DNA of 64,000 nucleotides from Acidimicrobiales bacterium (GTDB lineage Bacteria > Actinomycetota > Acidimicrobiia > Acidimicrobiales > Acidimicrobilacustridaceae), in the NCBI GenBank assembly GCA_041394145.1, contig JAWKIW010000002.1, forward strand, positions 379,252 through 443,251, in the 5' to 3' direction. A program made the position numbers and the translations under genes. Shown piece by piece: positions 60,827-64,000 of this stretch (position 1 is its first letter; the number at the start of each line of letters is the position of its first letter). The notes beneath the pieces are model-generated. The model worked only from the letters and a program-made list of their open reading frames with translations. It was not told the DNA's origin and did not search any database.

Positions 60827-61525
60827 ATGCAACCGGGCACCGGCGCGGGCCCGCTGGGGTCCGACGGCTCGGGATGCCCTCGGGGGGAGGGCGGCCGGGT
60901 CGGGCGCCGGCCGCCGCACCGCTCGCCACCAGGGGGATCCGTCTTGTCGTCTGCACGCACGCGCGCCCGTGTCCGACGCCTCGGAGGTGTCGCGCTGGTC
61001 GCCGCGCTGGGCATCGTGGCCGTGGCCTGCATGCCGCCCATCCACCCCGACAACAAGCCGTCGAAGCTCGTCGGGCTCACGAACGGCCAGATCCCGACGA
61101 GTCAGCTGGTCGCCGTGAGCTCCAGCTGCTCGGTGTACTACAAGGCGGGCAGGAGCCTGCAGGCCCTGCTGGCCGACGCCAAGAAGGACGGCGTCACCCT
61201 GCTCGGGCGCTCCTGCTACCGCGACTACGCCGGACAGGTCGCCGCCCGCCAGTACTGGTGCAGCCTCGGTCAGTGCTACATGGCGGCGGTGCCGGGCACG
61301 TCGATGCACGGCTGGGGCAAGGCCGTCGACTTCGGCGAAGCGGGGCGGGACCTCGACTTCGGCACGCCCGGCTACGCCTGGCTGGAGGCCAACGCCTGGC
61401 GGTACGGCTGGAACCATCCGGGCTGGGCGGCCGAGGACCAGGTCGGGGCCGAGCCGTGGCACTGGGAGTGGGTCGGCGACGGCGGCACCATGTACCCGGG
61501 CACGACCATCGGCCCGCAGACCTGA
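60827..61525 (+). CDS. D-Ala-D-Ala carboxypeptidase, peptidase M15 (VanY-like) lipoprotein; start uncertain (TTG ~60942 possible)
   Basis: SCYRDYAGQ, GTSMHGWGKAVDF, EPWHWEW: zinc-binding H..D...H pattern of VanY/M15B. Signal LGGVALVAALGIVAVAC. Confidence 0.75.
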   Translation: MQPGTGAGPLGSDGSGCPRGEGGRVGRRPPHRSPPGGSVLSSARTRARVRRLGGVALVAALGIVAVACMPPIHPDNKPSKLVGLTNGQIPTSQLVAVSSSCSVYYKAGRSLQALLADAKKDGVTLLGRSCYRDYAGQVAARQYWCSLGQCYMAAVPGTSMHGWGKAVDFGEAGRDLDFGTPGYAWLEANAWRYGWNHPGWAAEDQVGAEPWHWEWVGDGGTMYPGTTIGPQT

Positions 61526-61578
61526 GCGCGGTCGAGCCGCCGAGTGGCCGAGTGGCCGAGTGGCCGAGCGACGCGCCG

Positions 61579-61866
61579 CTAGACGGTGACGACGGAGTCG
61601 TCGCTGCCGTAGTCGTTGGCGACGTAGCCGTCGGCGGTCCAGTCGTTCTCCCAGCGCTCGCCGTCGAGCAGGTAGCGGAAGCGGTAGCGGCCCGGCGGCA
61701 GGGTGACCGTGGTGGAGAACCGGCCGTCCTTGCGCCGGGCCAGCGGCGTGGGCTCGATGCCCCAGCCGTTGAACTCGCCGCACACGGCGACCTCGCGGGC
61801 CTCGACGGCCGGGGGCAGCTCGAAGGTCACCTTGGCCTTGCCCGAGCGCAGCATCGTCTTCTTCAT
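61579..61866 (-). CDS. CBM48/AMPK-beta glycogen-binding-domain-like small protein
   Basis: MKKTMLRSGKAKVTFELPPAVEAREVAVCGEFNGWGIEPTPLARRKDGRFSTTVTLPPGRYRFRYLLDGERWENDW. Confidence 0.65.
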   Translation of the reverse strand: MKKTMLRSGKAKVTFELPPAVEAREVAVCGEFNGWGIEPTPLARRKDGRFSTTVTLPPGRYRFRYLLDGERWENDWTADGYVANDYGSDDSVVTV

Positions 61867-62039
61867 CGGTCGGTCCCACCTCGTCGGCTGATCGGTCGGG
61901 GTCGGCGCCCGACGGTAGAGCCCCGGTGGCCGCCAGCCGCGGCAATCCGGTCCCCGTCGCCGTGAACTCCCCGTGAACGCGGCCCTGCCGCGACCTGTCC
62001 GGGCGCCGAGGCCGGTGCCGCCCGAGGGTGGCGGCGTGC

Positions 62040-62675
62040 TCAGTGCTGCCGGACGCCCTCGACGGCGGTGCGCACCAGGCGGCGCAGGTACCGGTCGGTG
62101 ACCGGCTCGCCGCTGATGAGCACCCGGTAGAAGATCGGCGCCGACACCAGGTCGAGCAACAGGTCGGTGTCGATGTCGTCGGGCAGCTCGCCTCGGGCCA
62201 CGGCCCGGTCGATCACCGCCCTGGTCCCGCTCCGTCGGCGCTGCACCATGGCCCGGTGCCCCTCGGCCAGCTCGGGATGGCGGGCCGCGGCGGCGATGGC
62301 TGCCGGCACGGTCCGGCCGATCAGGCTGTCGGTGAGCATCCGGTGCAGCTGGTGGGCCACGTCGAGCAGGTCGCCCTCGATCGTCCCGGTGTCGGGCACC
62401 GAGCGCGCGTCGTCGCTGGTGCGCGCCGCCGCGTCCACGAGGAGGTCGGTCTTGCAGGGGTAGCGCCGGTACACCGTCGAGCGGGCGACGCCGGCCCGGG
62501 CGGCCACCTCCTCGATGGTGACCCCTTCGAAGCCGGCTTCGGCCAGCAGCTCCAGGGCGGCCCGGTCGATGGCCCGGTCGGCCTCGGCGCTGCGCGGGCG
62601 ACCGGGACCGGTTCGCGCCACGGCGGTGTCGGCGGGCCTGTCCGCGGCCGGCCCGGGGTGCGCCGTCGGCGCCAT
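62040..62675 (-). CDS. TetR/AcrR-family transcriptional regulator
   Basis: N-terminal HTH RAALELLAEAGFEGVTIEEVAARAGVARSTVYRRYPCKTDLL. Divergent from or cotranscribed with the MFS pump. Confidence 0.85.
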   Translation of the reverse strand: MAPTAHPGPAADRPADTAVARTGPGRPRSAEADRAIDRAALELLAEAGFEGVTIEEVAARAGVARSTVYRRYPCKTDLLVDAAARTSDDARSVPDTGTIEGDLLDVAHQLHRMLTDSLIGRTVPAAIAAAARHPELAEGHRAMVQRRRSGTRAVIDRAVARGELPDDIDTDLLLDLVSAPIFYRVLISGEPVTDRYLRRLVRTAVEGVRQH

Positions 62676-62680
62676 CGGCC

Positions 62681-64000
62681 TCAGTCCACCGCCGGGGCGG
62701 GGGCCAGGTCGGTGGGGGGGAGGCCGAGGTCGGCACGGTGCTCTTCGGCGTACTCGTCGTGCTGCAGCGCGACGTCGCGCGCCCGGGCGCGCGCCGGCAG
62801 GAAGGCCAGCGCCACGATCACGCCGGCGAAGGTGGCCACGGCGGCGACGAGGGCGCCGGTGTGCAGGGCGTCCACGAAGGCCTGGTTGGCCGTGGCCAGG
62901 AGGCGGTCGGCGAAGGCTGCGCTCGGACCGCCGGCCGCCTGCAGGCCCTGGGCCACGCCGATGGCGCCACCGAGGGAGCCCTTCGCTGCCGCGACCGCCT
63001 CGGGCGGTGCCGGGGTGCCGGCGAAGAACTCGGTGATCTTGGCGCCGTAGGTCGACGACAGCACGCTGCCGACCACGGCCACGCCCAGGGCGCCGCCCAC
63101 CTGGCGGGTGGTGTCGTTGACCGCCGAGCCGACGCCGGCCTTGGCCAGGGGGAGCGAGCCCATCACCGACTCGGTGGCCGGTGCCATCACGAACGCCATG
63201 CCGAGGGCGATCACCATCAGCCGAACGAGGACGCCACCGTAGGAGGTGTCCACCTGGAGGCTGGTCATCGACACCAGGCCGATGGTGACCAGGCCGAGGC
63301 CGGCGGCGACGATGACCTTGGTGCCGACCTTCTCGGTGATGCGGGCGCTGGTGGGGGCGGCGATCATCATCGTCGCGGCGAAGGGCAGCATCCGCACGCC
63401 CGTCTCGAGGGGGGAGTAGGCGAGCACGAACTGCAGGTACTGGGTCAGCAGGAACATCGACCCGAACATGGCGAAGAACACCAGGGTGATCGAACCGCTG
63501 GCCGCCGAGAACCGCGGGTTCTTGAAGAACCGCAGGTCGAGCATGGGGTGGTCGGTGTGCAGCTCCCAGGCCCCGAAGGCGCCGAGCAGGACGATGCCGA
63601 CGGCGAAGGCGGTGAGGATCGTCGGCGACGTCCAGCCCTCGGCCGGCGCCTCGATCAGCCCGTACAGCAGGGCGACCAGGCCGCCGATCGACAGCAGCGC
63701 GCCGAGCGGGTCGAGCTTGGGGGCGGTCGGGTCCTTCGACGTGGGGATGAGGACGAAGCCCGCCACGATGCCCACCAGCACGATCGGGACGTTCACGAGG
63801 AACACCGAGCCCCAGTAGAAGTGCTCGACGAGGAAGCCGCCGGTGAGCGGGCCGAGGGCGCCGCCGAGGCCGGCCACGCCGGCCCACACGCCGATGGCCC
63901 GGCCGCGCTCCTCGTCGGGGAAGACGTTCGTGATGATCGACAGGGTGGCGGGCATGATCAGCGCGCCGCCGATGCCCATGAAGGCCCGGGTGGCGATGAG
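62681..64000 (-). CDS. MFS drug-efflux transporter (EmrB/QacA-like), N-terminus beyond window
   Basis: Stop 5 bp upstream of the TetR start. 12+ TM helices. ORF 62681..63979 continues to the window edge. Confidence 0.8.
   Translation of the reverse strand, partial: LIATRAFMGIGGALIMPATLSIITNVFPDEERGRAIGVWAGVAGLGGALGPLTGGFLVEHFYWGSVFLVNVPIVLVGIVAGFVLIPTSKDPTAPKLDPLGALLSIGGLVALLYGLIEAPAEGWTSPTILTAFAVGIVLLGAFGAWELHTDHPMLDLRFFKNPRFSAASGSITLVFFAMFGSMFLLTQYLQFVLAYSPLETGVRMLPFAATMMIAAPTSARITEKVGTKVIVAAGLGLVTIGLVSMTSLQVDTSYGGVLVRLMVIALGMAFVMAPATESVMGSLPLAKAGVGSAVNDTTRQVGGALGVAVVGSVLSSTYGAKITEFFAGTPAPPEAVAAAKGSLGGAIGVAQGLQAAGGPSAAFADRLLATANQAFVDALHTGALVAAVATFAGVIVALAFLPARARARDVALQHDEYAEEHRADLGLPPTDLAPAPAVD

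Noticed and set aside
58063-61080. 1005-aa minus-strand ORF
   Set aside because: Antisense to MOSC-adjacent membrane protein and VanY-like genes. Pro/Arg/Gly-rich.

Overview
This 64-kb window is from a high-GC (about 70%) Actinomycetota chromosome. It has a Mycobacterium/Frankia-like gene repertoire: a REP13E12-like DUF222-HNH gene, an F420-type DUF385 reductase, VapBC, tyrosine-recombinase pairs and an LAL-type LuxR regulator.

The left edge carries an MFS transporter (5' partial) and an intact acyl-CoA dehydrogenase (ACAD, 1467-2699).

From about 2.78 to 34.9 kb lies a roughly 32-kb integrated element, the main finding of this window.
- It is bounded by 154-bp imperfect direct repeats at 2621-2774 and 34905-35058 (147 of 154 bases identical). 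Each repeat consists of the last 26 codons of the ACAD gene plus its terminator hairpin, so the element sits in the 3' end of a protein-coding gene and rebuilds it.
- Just inside attL: tandem CATCCCTAC arm-type repeats followed by an AP2-arm-binding tyrosine integrase.
- Just inside attR: matching CATCCCTAC repeats, and, reading inward, a ParDE-like toxin-antitoxin segment, a MobF/TraA relaxase-helicase and, further in, an Xis-family excisionase.
- Cargo includes a lipoprotein, a 780-aa Cys/His plus LRV-repeat protein, a duplicated hypothetical gene family, a decayed IS21-family element, two overlapping tyrosine recombinases plus a degraded third, a GNAT, a beta-gamma-crystallin-like secreted protein, a VOC remnant, VapBC, a serpin and a GGDEF cyclase.
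- No T4SS, FtsK-like or coupling protein is visible, so it looks like an integrative mobilizable element or a decayed ICE/AICE.

Right of the island:
- DUF222-HNH, DUF385, an MDR oxidoreductase, a secreted hypothetical, a YegS-type lipid kinase, and DUF2252.
- A Cys-type sulfatase locus: radical-SAM anSME, an LAL/LuxR regulator, a DUF567 protein, arylsulfatase and a SulP STAS remnant.
- Flotillin, lipoproteins, an alpha/beta hydrolase, SDR, MOSC, an 11-bp tandem repeat array, a membrane protein, a VanY-like peptidase, a CBM48-like protein, TetR and an MFS efflux pump (partial).

Apparent frameshifts are frequent both inside and outside the island, so indel errors in the assembly are likely and all pseudogene calls are provisional. 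No rRNA, tRNA or CRISPR features were recognised.
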